Shown in pieces: positions 50,911 through 60,325 of a DNA stretch of 64,000 nucleotides (position 1 is the first letter of the stretch; each line of letters opens with the position of its first letter). The stretch lies in assembly GCA_965222225.1 (NCBI GenBank), contig CBDCTK010000002.1, positions 2,912,001 through 2,976,000 of the forward strand. The letters are read 5' to 3'. Source of the stretch: Candidatus Poribacteria bacterium. GTDB taxonomy: Bacteria > Poribacteria > WGA-4E > JAJDTR01. Both the position numbers and the translations under genes were made by a program. The notes below the pieces were generated by a model. That model was not told the DNA's origin. It did not search any database and worked only from the letters and a program-made list of their open reading frames with translations.

Positions 50911-52159
50911 CGGAATTAGTAGCTTGTAGCTTTTAGACTGACGACAAACATAAAACTTGGTACCCTGTCGTAAATCTTTTCGTCACACGTAGATGTCCAT
51001 AGTGACTATTCTTCTCGTAGGAGTTTGCTATGGACATTTTGAATCTTATGAAAGAGTTTCCAAATCAAGAATCTTGTCTCAGATTTATAGAGGAAAAACG
51101 TTGGAAGGACGGTGTTTGCTGTATCCACTGTGGCAGTGAAAAAGTTGGACGCAAGAACAAAAACGACATTACTACTGGTTGGAATTGCTACGATTGTGAA
51201 TCTAGCTTTTCGGCTACAGCAGGAACCATCTTCCATGGTACCAAGATACCTCTCCAGAAATGGTTTTTGGCTATCTCAATTCTTTCCAATGCCAAGAAAA
51301 GCATATCGAGTTGTCAGCTTGCTCGTGACTTGGACATGAATCAAAAGTCCGCTTGGTATATGGCAATGCGCCTCCGTGAGAAAATGAGTGATAGTGATGA
51401 ATTGCTGAAAGGGATAGTTGAAGCGGACGAAACCTATGTCGGCGGCAAACCCAGAGCAAAATCTAAGAGAGGTAGAGGCACAAATAAATCTCCCGTCATC
51501 GGCGTAGTCGAGAGAGGCGGTCGGGTGGTTGCTAAATTCATGAAGGTTCTATCTGGTGAAAATATCAGAGAATTCATCCTTAGCAATGTCTCACCCGATG
51601 AGTCTATTCTTATGACTGATGAATTTCGCTCTTACAATAGTCTGGACGAAGATATCGAAAGACATGTTATCCATCACCAAGAGAGATATGTTTCTGAGGA
51701 CGGCGTAACTCACACCAACACCATCGAGTCGTTTTGGGCTTGTGTCAAGAGGTCATTCTACGGAACGCATCATCACTACAGCAAGAAGTGGCTGCCACTG
51801 TATATCATGGAGTCTTGCTGGAAATATAATCGCAGAAAAGATGATGAGATTTTCATAAGATTTTTTGATGAATGCTTCACCTGAGCCACATGAATTGTTT
51901 GGCTATCGGTATATTCTGTCAACGACAACATCATGGTGTGCTGAAAATCCCATAGTGTTGGAAATTAAAATCCCGCAGATAACCCGCAATGCTCCCGCGA
52001 GCATGTACAAACGCTTGGTCAACATGATATGCCTCCATTTCTCTCTTATAGAGATGTATTTTAGTGTGAATCAAGATTCCGAACACTGTCTAAAATGATT
52101 GTACATTAAGAAGAGAAAAGCAAGCAAATCGACCAAAAAGCAGTTAACTACTAAGTCCC
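50911..52159 (+). mobile_element. IS1595-family insertion sequence, 1249 bp, 8-bp TSD
   Basis: AAATTTAA at 50903-50910 and 52160-52167; imperfect TIRs CGGAATTAGTAGC..GCTTTT / AAAAGC..AACTACTAAGTCCC. Confidence 0.92.
51030..51884 (+). CDS. IS1595 (ISXO2-like) DDE transposase
   Basis: Zn ribbon CxxC/CxxC, GTIFHGTKIPL..W, VEADETYVGG, TDE, HTNTIESFW. Confidence 0.93.
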   Translation: MDILNLMKEFPNQESCLRFIEEKRWKDGVCCIHCGSEKVGRKNKNDITTGWNCYDCESSFSATAGTIFHGTKIPLQKWFLAISILSNAKKSISSCQLARDLDMNQKSAWYMAMRLREKMSDSDELLKGIVEADETYVGGKPRAKSKRGRGTNKSPVIGVVERGGRVVAKFMKVLSGENIREFILSNVSPDESILMTDEFRSYNSLDEDIERHVIHHQERYVSEDGVTHTNTIESFWACVKRSFYGTHHHYSKKWLPLYIMESCWKYNRRKDDEIFIRFFDECFT

Positions 52160-53463
52160 AAATTTAATTCTCGCAGATCGCCTCATTGACACCAAAGGAG
52201 AAATTCCAAGATACAAACAGATTGCCGCAGATTTCCCGATGCAAGAAATTAACAATTTGTGGGATGATACCTCCGGTGCCACGAATATGAAGTACGTTGT
52301 TGAAACCTCCAATAAAGTCATCCAGCGCTGCATCCTCATGACGACCGACCCGGGCGATCTCGTACTCGACCCCACCTGCGGCTCAGGCACCACCGCTTAC
52401 GTCGCCGAGGGTTGGGGCAGGCGCTGGATCACGATTGACACCTCTCGCGTAGCGCTTGCCTTAGCGCGTTCCCGCATCATGGGGGCGCGTTACGACTACT
52501 ACCTTCTCTCCGACAGCCGTGAGGGACAACTCAAAGAGGCGGAGATTGAAGGCAAAGCGCCCTCGGAAACCCCAACCTACGACGATATCCGTCAGGCGTT
52601 CGTGTACGAGCGAGTGCCGCACATCACGCTCAAGTCCATCGCCAACAACGCCGAGATTGATGTTATCTGGGAGCGGTATGAGGAGGAGCTGGCGCCGCTC
52701 CGCGCCGAGTTGTCGGAGGTTAGCGGTCAAGCGAAAACGCTTGAAGAGTGGGAGATTCCGCGCGAACGCCCCGATGATTGGAACCCCACCGCCGAGCCGC
52801 TGCTCGCCGCTTTCTGGGAACTGCGTCTCGCCCGCCAGAAAGAGATTGACGCCTCCATCGCCGCCAAAGCCGAGGTCGAATACCTTTACGACAAACCCTA
52901 CGAAGACAAAAAGAAGGTGCGCGTGGCGGGTCCCTTCACCGTGGAGAGCCTGTCGCCGCACCGCGTGCTGGGGGTTGACGAGGACGACGAACTGATTGAT
53001 AACCTCGCTGAAGATAAGCTCGGCTACGGCGAAGCTCAAGACTTCGCCACCGTAATCTTGGAGCACCTCAAGACCTCCGGCGTTCAGCAGGCGCATAAGG
53101 AGGACCGCATCTCTTTTACCAGTATCAAACCTTGGCCCGGCGCCCTCGTCTGTGCCGAGGGCAGATACGTCGAGCGAGACCCCGACTCCGGCGACGAAAA
53201 ACGCGCCGGTATCTTCATTGGCCCCGAATTTGGCACCGTCTCCCGTCCCGACCTCGTTGAGGCTGCCCGCGAGGCGGCGGACGCCGACTTTGACCTCCTG
53301 ATAGCTTGTGCTTTCTCCTACGAAGCGCACTCCACTGATCTCCACAAACTCGGTAAAATCCCGATACTCAAAGCGAGGATGAACGCCGATCTCCACATGG
53401 CTGCCGATCTCAGCAATACCGGTAAGGGGAATCTGTTTGTGATTTTCGGAGAGCCGGATATTA

Positions 53464-53831
53464 CAGTGGCCAGTGGCCCGTGGCTAGTGACCAGTAAAGG
53501 AGAAAAATTTGCAAATTATGAACAAGTTAAAAAGTTATCAAGACTTGGAAGTTTGGAAGAAATCAATCGAGTTGGCAGAGATGGTCTATCGAATCTCTGC
53601 GGAGTTTCCGCCGGAGGATCAAACGAGCGAATAGCGAGTGCGATAGAGATCTCTAACGGAGACATTTCTGATTCTGGCGCAGCGGTTGGGGATCGCCAAA
53701 GCCGAACAAATCAATCCCTTACTAGCCCTGGCGGGGGACATTGGACGGATGCTCAACGGTCTCAAACGCTCGCTGCGATCCAGAACTTGACCGACGCGGA
53801 CTTCCCGCTGGCACTGACCACTGGCGACTGG
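53464..53831 (+). mobile_element. Heptamer-repeat-flanked four-helix-bundle cassette inserted in-frame in mod
   Basis: Left end AGTGGCC AGTGGCC CGTGGCT AGTGACC AGT; right end GCTGGC ACTGACC ACTGGCG ACT; lies between FGEPDI and QVTVHGVDVF. Confidence 0.8.
53518..53790 (+). pseudogene. Four helix bundle protein (23S rRNA IVP/bAvd-like), internally deleted, in the +1 frame of mod
   Basis: MNKLKSYQDLEVWKKSIELAEMVYRISAEFPPE-[35-bp element, stops]-TETFLILAQRLGIAKAEQINPLLALAGDIGRMLNGLKRSLRSRT*. Confidence 0.85.
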
Positions 53832-54187
53832 ACACAAGTAACGGTGCACGGTGTTGATGTTTTTCATCCCAACACGGGGGAGATTCGGAGCGACAGCACG
53901 GACGGCATCGCCTGCTGGTTCATTGATACCGATTACAACGCGGAGAGTGTTTTTGTGCGTCACGCCTATTTCCTCGGCGCGAATGACCCGTACAAATCCC
54001 TCAAGACGACGCTGAAAGCGGAGATTAACCACGAGGCGTGGGAGACGCTCCACAGCGACACCTCGCGGCCGTTTGAGAAGCCGGCATCCGGGCGGATTGC
54101 CGTTAAGGTTATTAATCACCTTGGGGATGAGGTGATGAAGGTTTTTCGGGTGTAGGGACGCACCGAAACAGAGAATTTTCTTCAAAA

Positions 54188-54223
54188 GGGATCTCTATCG
54201 CCCTCGCTGTTCGCTCGGTTGAT
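54188..54223 (+). repeat. 35-bp micro-element copy
   Basis: GGGATCTCTATCG CCCT CGCT GTT CGCT CGGT TGAT. Confidence 0.9.
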
Positions 54224-54265
54224 CGGTTTCTTCCACTAACCACTGACCACTAGGCACTGCATTTC

Positions 54266-56338
54266 ATGGATTTTCGAATTGCCAACACCTTCACCGACAG
54301 CCTTGCCAAACTGACCGGGGTTGAGCAGAAGGCTGCCAAGACGGCGGCTTTCGACCTCCAGATGAATCCGGCGCAGCCAGGACTGCAATTCCACAAGCTG
54401 GCGAAGACCAAGGACCCGAACTTCTGGTCTGTACGCGTCAATAACGACGTGCGAATCATCGTGCATCGCAGCCAGAACAGCTTGGTGCTGTGCTACGTGG
54501 ATCACCACGACAACGCCTATCGGTGGGCGGAGCGGCGCAAGCTGGATGTTCATCCCCAAACCGGCGCTGCTCAATTGGTTGAAGTGCGGGAGACTATCTA
54601 AGAAATCACCGTTCCCGTCTACGCCCCAACCGAGACGGAGGTGCCACCTAAGCCGCCGCTCTTCGCGGAAATGCCCGATGACGATTTGCTGGGTTACGGC
54701 GTGCCTGAGGAGTGGCTGGAGGAGGTTCGCAAGGCCGACGAGGATAGCCTGCTGGTGTTGTCCGATCACTTGCCGAGAGAGGCGGCGGAGGCGTTGCTTG
54801 AGTTGGCTGTCGGCGGAACGCCGCCGATAATCCTGCCCGTTGTTACCGCCGCCGACCCGTTCGATCACCCCGATGCTCAGCGCCGTTTCCGTTTGATGGC
54901 AAACGTCGAGGAACTGGAGCGCGCGCTCGACTACCCTTGGGAGAAGTGGGCGGTGTTCCTTCACCCGGCGCAGCGGCAGGTGGTCGAAGGGGATTACAAT
55001 GGCGCGTTTCGAGTGGCTGGCTCAGCCGGTACCGGCAAGACCGTCGTGGCAATCCACCGCGCCGTATCTCTCGCACGCGCGAACCCGGACGCCAGGGTTC
55101 TACTCACCACCTTCTCCAAGATCTTGGCTGATGCGCTGCGGACAAAACTCAAACGGTTAATCTACAACGAACCGCGGCTTGCGGAACAGGTGGAAGTCGA
55201 CGCGGTGGACGCGGTTGGTGAGCGGCTGTATCGGGCGCATTTCGGCTCCCGGGAAATAGCAACCCAGGAACAGATACAGTCGATTCTGACCGACGTTCTC
55301 AAGGGCACGGAGACGAATCGTTTCAGTTTGCGATTCCTGCTTGGCGAATGGGAGAGCGTCGTTGACGCCTGGCAGTTGGATAGCTGGGAGGCGTATCGCG
55401 ATATCAGAAGGCTTGGGCGCAAAACACGTCTGCCGGTGGAGAGACGGTTTCTCCTTTGGTCCATTTTTGAACAGGTCAAGACCGGTCTTCGGGAACGCGG
55501 CTTGGTGACCCGTGCGGAATTGTTCAGTTTAACTGCGCAAAAACTCAAAGCGCGCCGGCATCCGCCGTTCGATTTCGTGGTTGTGGATGAGGCGCAGGAC
55601 GTTAGCGTTCCCCAACTGCGTTTCCTCGCCGCATTGGGCGGGGACCGCGCTAACAGTCTCTTTTTCGCAGGCGATCTTGGACAACGGATTTTCCAAACGC
55701 CGTTTTCGTGGAAAGCGCTGGGTGTCGATGTTCGGGGAAGATCTCAGACGCTTAAAATCAACTATCGAACGTCACATCAAATTCGGCAGCAGGCAGATCT
55801 GTTGCTGGGGTTGGAAGGCGCCGATGTCGATGGTAACGTTGAGGATCGACGCGGAACGATTTCGGCATTTAACGGCGAACCTCCGACAATCCACCGCTGT
55901 GAGAGCGAGCAGGACGAGGCGGAAATTGTCGGCGTATGGTTGCAGGAACGTCGGGACGAAGGCGTGGAAGCGGTGGAGATTGGGGTATTCGTGCGATCAA
56001 CGAGGGAGCTGGAGCGTGCGTGTGCGGCGGTGCGCGGTGCCGGGTTGCCGTATCGGGTGTTGGACGATGGGAGTACAACGGGTGACGACCCCGTATCCGT
56101 TAGCACAATGCACTTGGCGAAGGGCTTGGAGTTCCGCGCCGTAGCCGTCATGGCGTGTGACGACGAAGTCATCCCGCTACAGGAGCGGATAGAGACCGTT
56201 GCGGATGATGCGGACCTTGAGGAGGTCTACAACACGGAGCGGCACCTGTTATACGTCGCCTGTACACGGGCGCGGGATCATTTGCTCATCACGAGTGTTG
56301 AGCCGGCGTCGGAGTTTTTGGATGACTTGGAGATGTAG
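54266..56338 (+). pseudogene. RelE-like N-domain + UvrD/SF1 helicase, split by one in-frame TAA
   Basis: The ORFs 54266-54601 and 54641-56338 share a frame (VRETI*EITVPV); GSAGTGKT, VVDEAQD, INYR, TMHLAKGLEF, LLYVACTRAR. Confidence 0.85.
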
Positions 56339-56595
56339 ACTGCCGCGGCAATTGTAGGAGCGATCTCCAAATCACGACAGGTCGAGAATCGGAAGTTGGT
56401 TTTCACTTGGATTTCCGAGGCATCAATTGGAGCGGATACTCCGGATGCAATTCATAGTCTCGGTGTTATCGGAAAATTCCTTTCAACCCAACCTACGGGC
56501 TGGCTCGCTATCCTCGGGTTGATCTCTATAGGAAACTCATCACTCTCCACTAGTCACTGCCTCCCCACTCCCCACTGTCTCTCCACACAATGTGC

Positions 56596-56624
56596 TTGAC
56601 TTTTGTCGCAAGCGCCGCTATGAT
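56596..56624 (+). promoter_or_regulatory. Sigma70-like promoter
   Basis: TTGACT-17 bp-TATGAT upstream of the PhyH gene. Confidence 0.55.
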
Positions 56625-56764
56625 GTTTACCAATACGCTAGCGCACGTTGACAACAGTAGTAGGGTGGCGCCGCCCGCCATTGCTTGTTCGGCACCATAA
56701 ATCCCTGCATCTTAACTCGCCACTCTCCACTAACCACTGCTCTTACCATGCAAGGGGTTCGTGT

Positions 56765-57628
56765 ATGAAAATCATTGATTCGGATATGCAGAAACAGTTT
56801 ATGAATGACGGTTTTTACGTCTTCAGAAATATGCTTGAGCCAGAACTGATCGATACGTTGAGGGGAATCACGGATGATGTGCTCGCGCAGCAGGAGGAGG
56901 CGCATTTCGAGCAGCAACGCGCGCCGGGCAGCATGGTGCTCATCGATTGGGAGATGGCGTACCGGCATGATGTGCTAGCTGAACTGATTGCTCACCCGAA
57001 AATGCTGAAGGGGCTGTCTGAACTGGGATTCGCGGAGCCGAAGTTTGGGCATGGGCGCATCATCAGCAAGCCGCCGCACAGCCCGCGATTGTTTTGGCAC
57101 GAGGACGGCAGGTTCTGGTACGATCCGGTCAGTTATACGCCGCAGCCCATCCAGTGTTTTCTGATGTACTATCTCGTGGACACCGCGCCGGAGAACGGGT
57201 GCTTGCGGGTGATTCCGGGATCGCATCTGAAGCGCCACGCGCTGCATGACCAAGTTCCAGTGCGGCATGCCGAAAAATTGAAAACGTATGCGGATCCGCA
57301 TCACATCGCTTTCCAACATGCGGAGGGAGAGATTGATGTGCCGGTGAAGGCGGGGGATGCGGTGATGGGCTACGGCACGCTGTTTCACTCCGCCCACGCC
57401 AACCAGACGAATCAACGCCGGACGGGGCTTACGATGTGGTATTATCCCGATTTCGTCGACCTGCCCGAGCACACCCAAGCTACAGTGGCGTCCTTGGAGA
57501 CCGACACCCAAGTCACGAGATGCTCGCCGGGGCAGAGGCAGCGTCTTATGGAGCCACTCAGGATTGTGTACGAAGGCGATGCCGAATCCATCCCGCAGCA
57601 GTGGACGCCGGGAGAGGATTTGAGATAG
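56765..57628 (+). CDS. Phytanoyl-CoA dioxygenase (PhyH) family protein
   Basis: F..DGFYV, KPP....FWHED, ENGCLRVIPGSH, GD.......LFHSAHANQT..RR. Confidence 0.9.
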   Translation: MKIIDSDMQKQFMNDGFYVFRNMLEPELIDTLRGITDDVLAQQEEAHFEQQRAPGSMVLIDWEMAYRHDVLAELIAHPKMLKGLSELGFAEPKFGHGRIISKPPHSPRLFWHEDGRFWYDPVSYTPQPIQCFLMYYLVDTAPENGCLRVIPGSHLKRHALHDQVPVRHAEKLKTYADPHHIAFQHAEGEIDVPVKAGDAVMGYGTLFHSAHANQTNQRRTGLTMWYYPDFVDLPEHTQATVASLETDTQVTRCSPGQRQRLMEPLRIVYEGDAESIPQQWTPGEDLR

Positions 57629-57801
57629 CGAAGTGGATGCCGCAGAACATGAGCACACTACGCCCGGTTATAGCTGCAGAAACCGAATCGACGCACGCCG
57701 CACGAGTTCCGGCACTCCCTTTGGGCACCTCTTGACCTAACTCCGTACTTTGAGCATAGCGTTCAATATTCATTTTATGTGACAACAAATATTTCTGACC
57801 C

Positions 57802-57830
57802 TTGAAAACTTAACATATGTAAGGTATAAT
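57802..57830 (+). promoter_or_regulatory. Near-consensus sigma70 promoter facing a repeat cluster
   Basis: TTGAAA-17 bp-TATAAT. Confidence 0.55.
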
Positions 57831-57842
57831 TCACCGGTATAT

Positions 57843-58044
57843 GTAGGGTGGGCACCGCCCACCATTCTTTCTACAGGATCAACTGCGATCAACCGAACGA
57901 TCAACTGAGTTGATAACGAAGGCGATAATAAATCCTACCTCTGTAGGAGGGGCATCTTGCCCCGACTAATCTTTAGCTGTGCGATTGGCATCTTTGACAG
58001 CGAAGGCGATAGAAGCTCCCTATAGTGTTCCCATAGAAATCCCC
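57843..58044. repeat. GTAG-REPs plus stacked reverse 35-bp micro-elements
   Basis: GTAGGGTGGGCACCGCCCACC; full reverse copy at 57900-57935 with extra 3' ends at 57878 and 57888; stacked 5' ends at 58005-58044. Confidence 0.75.
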
Positions 58045-58693
58045 ACGAGGCGTATTTCCAATAATTCCTTGAGCTACACCGTAATAAAATTAATCCAAGA
58101 TTATTTCTTTAATCTCCTTATTTTGTGTCTGAGGGATGCGGGAAAGTTCACAATCTATTCGCACAAATTCGCAGTTTTTCGCAGACCGCGGAAATCCCTT
58201 CCAACCCGCGTCATTACAGGTTTCCCGGGCGAGTTTTACGATTCGCGAACATATGCGAGGTGCAGAATTGCAACTCCGAATCGAATGCCATCAGGCGAGA
58301 TCACAAAAAATGTGGACAGCGATTAAACAAAGGGAGAATGACTGCGTTAAAGTTCCCACAGCGAATCCCGTGCGACAGAGCTCTTCAAGAACCACCCCTA
58401 AAAACATGAGCGCACTTTAGCGCACTTTCGTGAGACAAACCGGAACCTACTCGAACCGGCGTCATTACGGGATTCCAATGCAATTTCTGTCGCTCGCGAA
58501 CAAGTGCGCTTTTGGACGAAGTGTCTCCGCTAATTCAGAACAACAACGGTAATTGCCGATCATGAGAAGCGATGCCGTAAAAGTCTTTAACATTCCTAAA
58601 CCCGTTAATACGCAAACAATCAATGCGCCGGCGACCAAAACAAACGCACATACTCGCTAACACAGCCGGAGGCATACTCCGCACGAGGTAGTT

Positions 58694-60292
58694 ATGACTG
58701 AAGAGAAGCGACCGAATATTCTGCTGATCCTGAACGATGACATGGGTTATTCCGACCTCGGCTGCTACGGCGGGGAGGTGCAGACGCCGAACCTTAACAG
58801 GCTTGCCAACCGCGGACTGCGATTCACGCAGTTCTACAACACGGCGCGTTGCTGCCCTTCGCGCGCATCGCTGTTGACGGGGCTGCACCCGCACCAAACA
58901 GGCGTTGGACACATGACGGCCGATGACGGACTGGAGGGTTATCGCGGGGATTTGAATCATCGTTGCGTGACGATTGCCGAGGCGCTTGGCGCGACGGGTT
59001 ACCGAACCTATATGAGCGGGAAGTGGCACATTTCGCGTCACATACAACCCGAGGGACCCAAACACAGTTGGCCGCGCCAGCGGGGTTTCGACCGATATTT
59101 CGGCATCCTCTCGGGCGCCGCGAATTACTGGAAGCCGCATTCACTCACCCGTGGGGACGATTGGGTTCCGCCCGACGAGCTCCCGGACGAATTCTTCTTG
59201 ACCGACGCGATCAGCGATGAAGCATCGGGATTCATTCGAGACCATCACGCAAAATCACCCGATGACCCCTTCTTTAGCTACGTCGCCTACACGTCGCCGC
59301 ATTGGCCGTTGCACGCGCACGAGGAGGATATCGCGCGTTATGAGGGTCGATTCTCCGCCGGTTGGGATGCGCTGCGTGAGGAACGCCTGCTGCGTATGCG
59401 GGAGATGGGCATCTTGGAGGATTGCTGGGAATTGAGTGATCGAGATGCGTCGCAACCTCCGTGGTCGGATGCGGGGCATAAGGAGTGGAATCTGCGGCGT
59501 ATGGAGGTTTACGCAGCGCAGATTGACCGCATGGATCAGGGGATTGGGCGGATCATCAGCACGTTGGAAGCCACCGGACAACTGGAAAACACGCTGATTC
59601 TCTTCTTGGTGGACAACGGCGGGTGCGCTGCAGAATTGGGCGGGCCCAACACGCGTATCAGGCGAGATTGGCCCGTCTCACCGCCGCTGACACGCGATGG
59701 GAGACCGGTCAGCACGGGGAACGACCCGACAATTATGCCGGGACCGGAAACGACATATCAAAGCTACGGCGTGCCGTGGGCGAACTTGTCAAATACGCCG
59801 TTCCGCGAATACAAGCACTGGGTGCATGAGGGCGGCATCAGCACGCCGTTTATCGCGCATTGGCCCGAGCACATCACAGGCGCGGGCGAGTTTCGGCATC
59901 AGCCGGGACAGTTGACGGATGTGATGGCAACGTGTCTCGAGGTCGCCGGCGCGGCGTATCCGGGGGAGAACGATGGGAATCCGGTTTATCCGCTAGAGGG
60001 CACGAGTTTGACCCCCATTTTTGATAACCGGGACAACGGGGTGGGCGTGTTGTATTGGGAGCACGAGGGGAATAGAGCGGTGCGGCGAGAGAATTGGAAG
60101 CTGGTCACAAAGTATCCGGGGGATTGGGAGTTGTATGACATGGAGGCGGACCGCACGGAGTTGGAGGATTTGAGCGGGAAGTGCTCGGACATCGTGAAGG
60201 AGTTGAGCGGGTTGCACGCTGATTGGACGGATCGGTGTCAGGTTCAGCCGTGGAGGGATATTTTGGAGTCGCGGGATCAAGCGACTGGATAA
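58694..60292 (+). CDS. Arylsulfatase
   Basis: RPNILLILNDDMGYSDLG, CCPSRASLLTG, GKWH, PHWPLHA, DNG, HEGGISTP. Confidence 0.93.
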   Translation: MTEEKRPNILLILNDDMGYSDLGCYGGEVQTPNLNRLANRGLRFTQFYNTARCCPSRASLLTGLHPHQTGVGHMTADDGLEGYRGDLNHRCVTIAEALGATGYRTYMSGKWHISRHIQPEGPKHSWPRQRGFDRYFGILSGAANYWKPHSLTRGDDWVPPDELPDEFFLTDAISDEASGFIRDHHAKSPDDPFFSYVAYTSPHWPLHAHEEDIARYEGRFSAGWDALREERLLRMREMGILEDCWELSDRDASQPPWSDAGHKEWNLRRMEVYAAQIDRMDQGIGRIISTLEATGQLENTLILFLVDNGGCAAELGGPNTRIRRDWPVSPPLTRDGRPVSTGNDPTIMPGPETTYQSYGVPWANLSNTPFREYKHWVHEGGISTPFIAHWPEHITGAGEFRHQPGQLTDVMATCLEVAGAAYPGENDGNPVYPLEGTSLTPIFDNRDNGVGVLYWEHEGNRAVRRENWKLVTKYPGDWELYDMEADRTELEDLSGKCSDIVKELSGLHADWTDRCQVQPWRDILESRDQATG

Positions 60293-60325
60293 GGAGCGCG
60301 ATAGCCAATCCCGATAGAGATTCCC
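60276..60325 (-). repeat. 35-bp micro-element supplying the arylsulfatase stop, plus an extra 5' end
   Basis: Reverse complement GGGAATCTCTATC GGGATTGGCTATCG CGCT CCTT ATC CAGT CGCT TGAT. Confidence 0.85.

Larger units (their letters stand above)
49857..54155 (+). pseudogene. mod: Type III DNA methyltransferase Mod, interrupted by IS1595
   Basis: N-part has NRMILGDSL and IYIDPPYGI; C-part has DPGDLVLDPTCGSGTT and IAVKVINHLGDEV. Removing the IS and one TSD gives the continuous frame EGMKNL|ILADRLIDTKGEIPRYKQIAADFPMQEINNLWDD. Confidence 0.92.

Noticed and set aside
51903-52025. A 40-codon minus-strand passenger ORF in IS1595 with a GGAGG RBS
   Set aside because: Too short and without recognisable homology to support a call.
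53464-53831. A diversity-generating retroelement (Avd-like gene plus variable repeats)
   Set aside because: There is no reverse transcriptase and no TR/VR pair in the window. The variable positions of the micro-element are not simply adenines on one strand.
788-60325. The 35-36 bp repeats as a CRISPR array
   Set aside because: Copies are dispersed, in both orientations and nested. There is no regular repeat-spacer period and no cas gene in the window.
788-60325. The 35-bp element as a degenerate sequencing adapter or barcode artefact
   Set aside because: Not formally excluded, but unlikely. Copies are inherited at the same site in diverged duplicated segments (788 and 5538), show decay, largely avoid breaking genes, and keep frame in tamB and mod.
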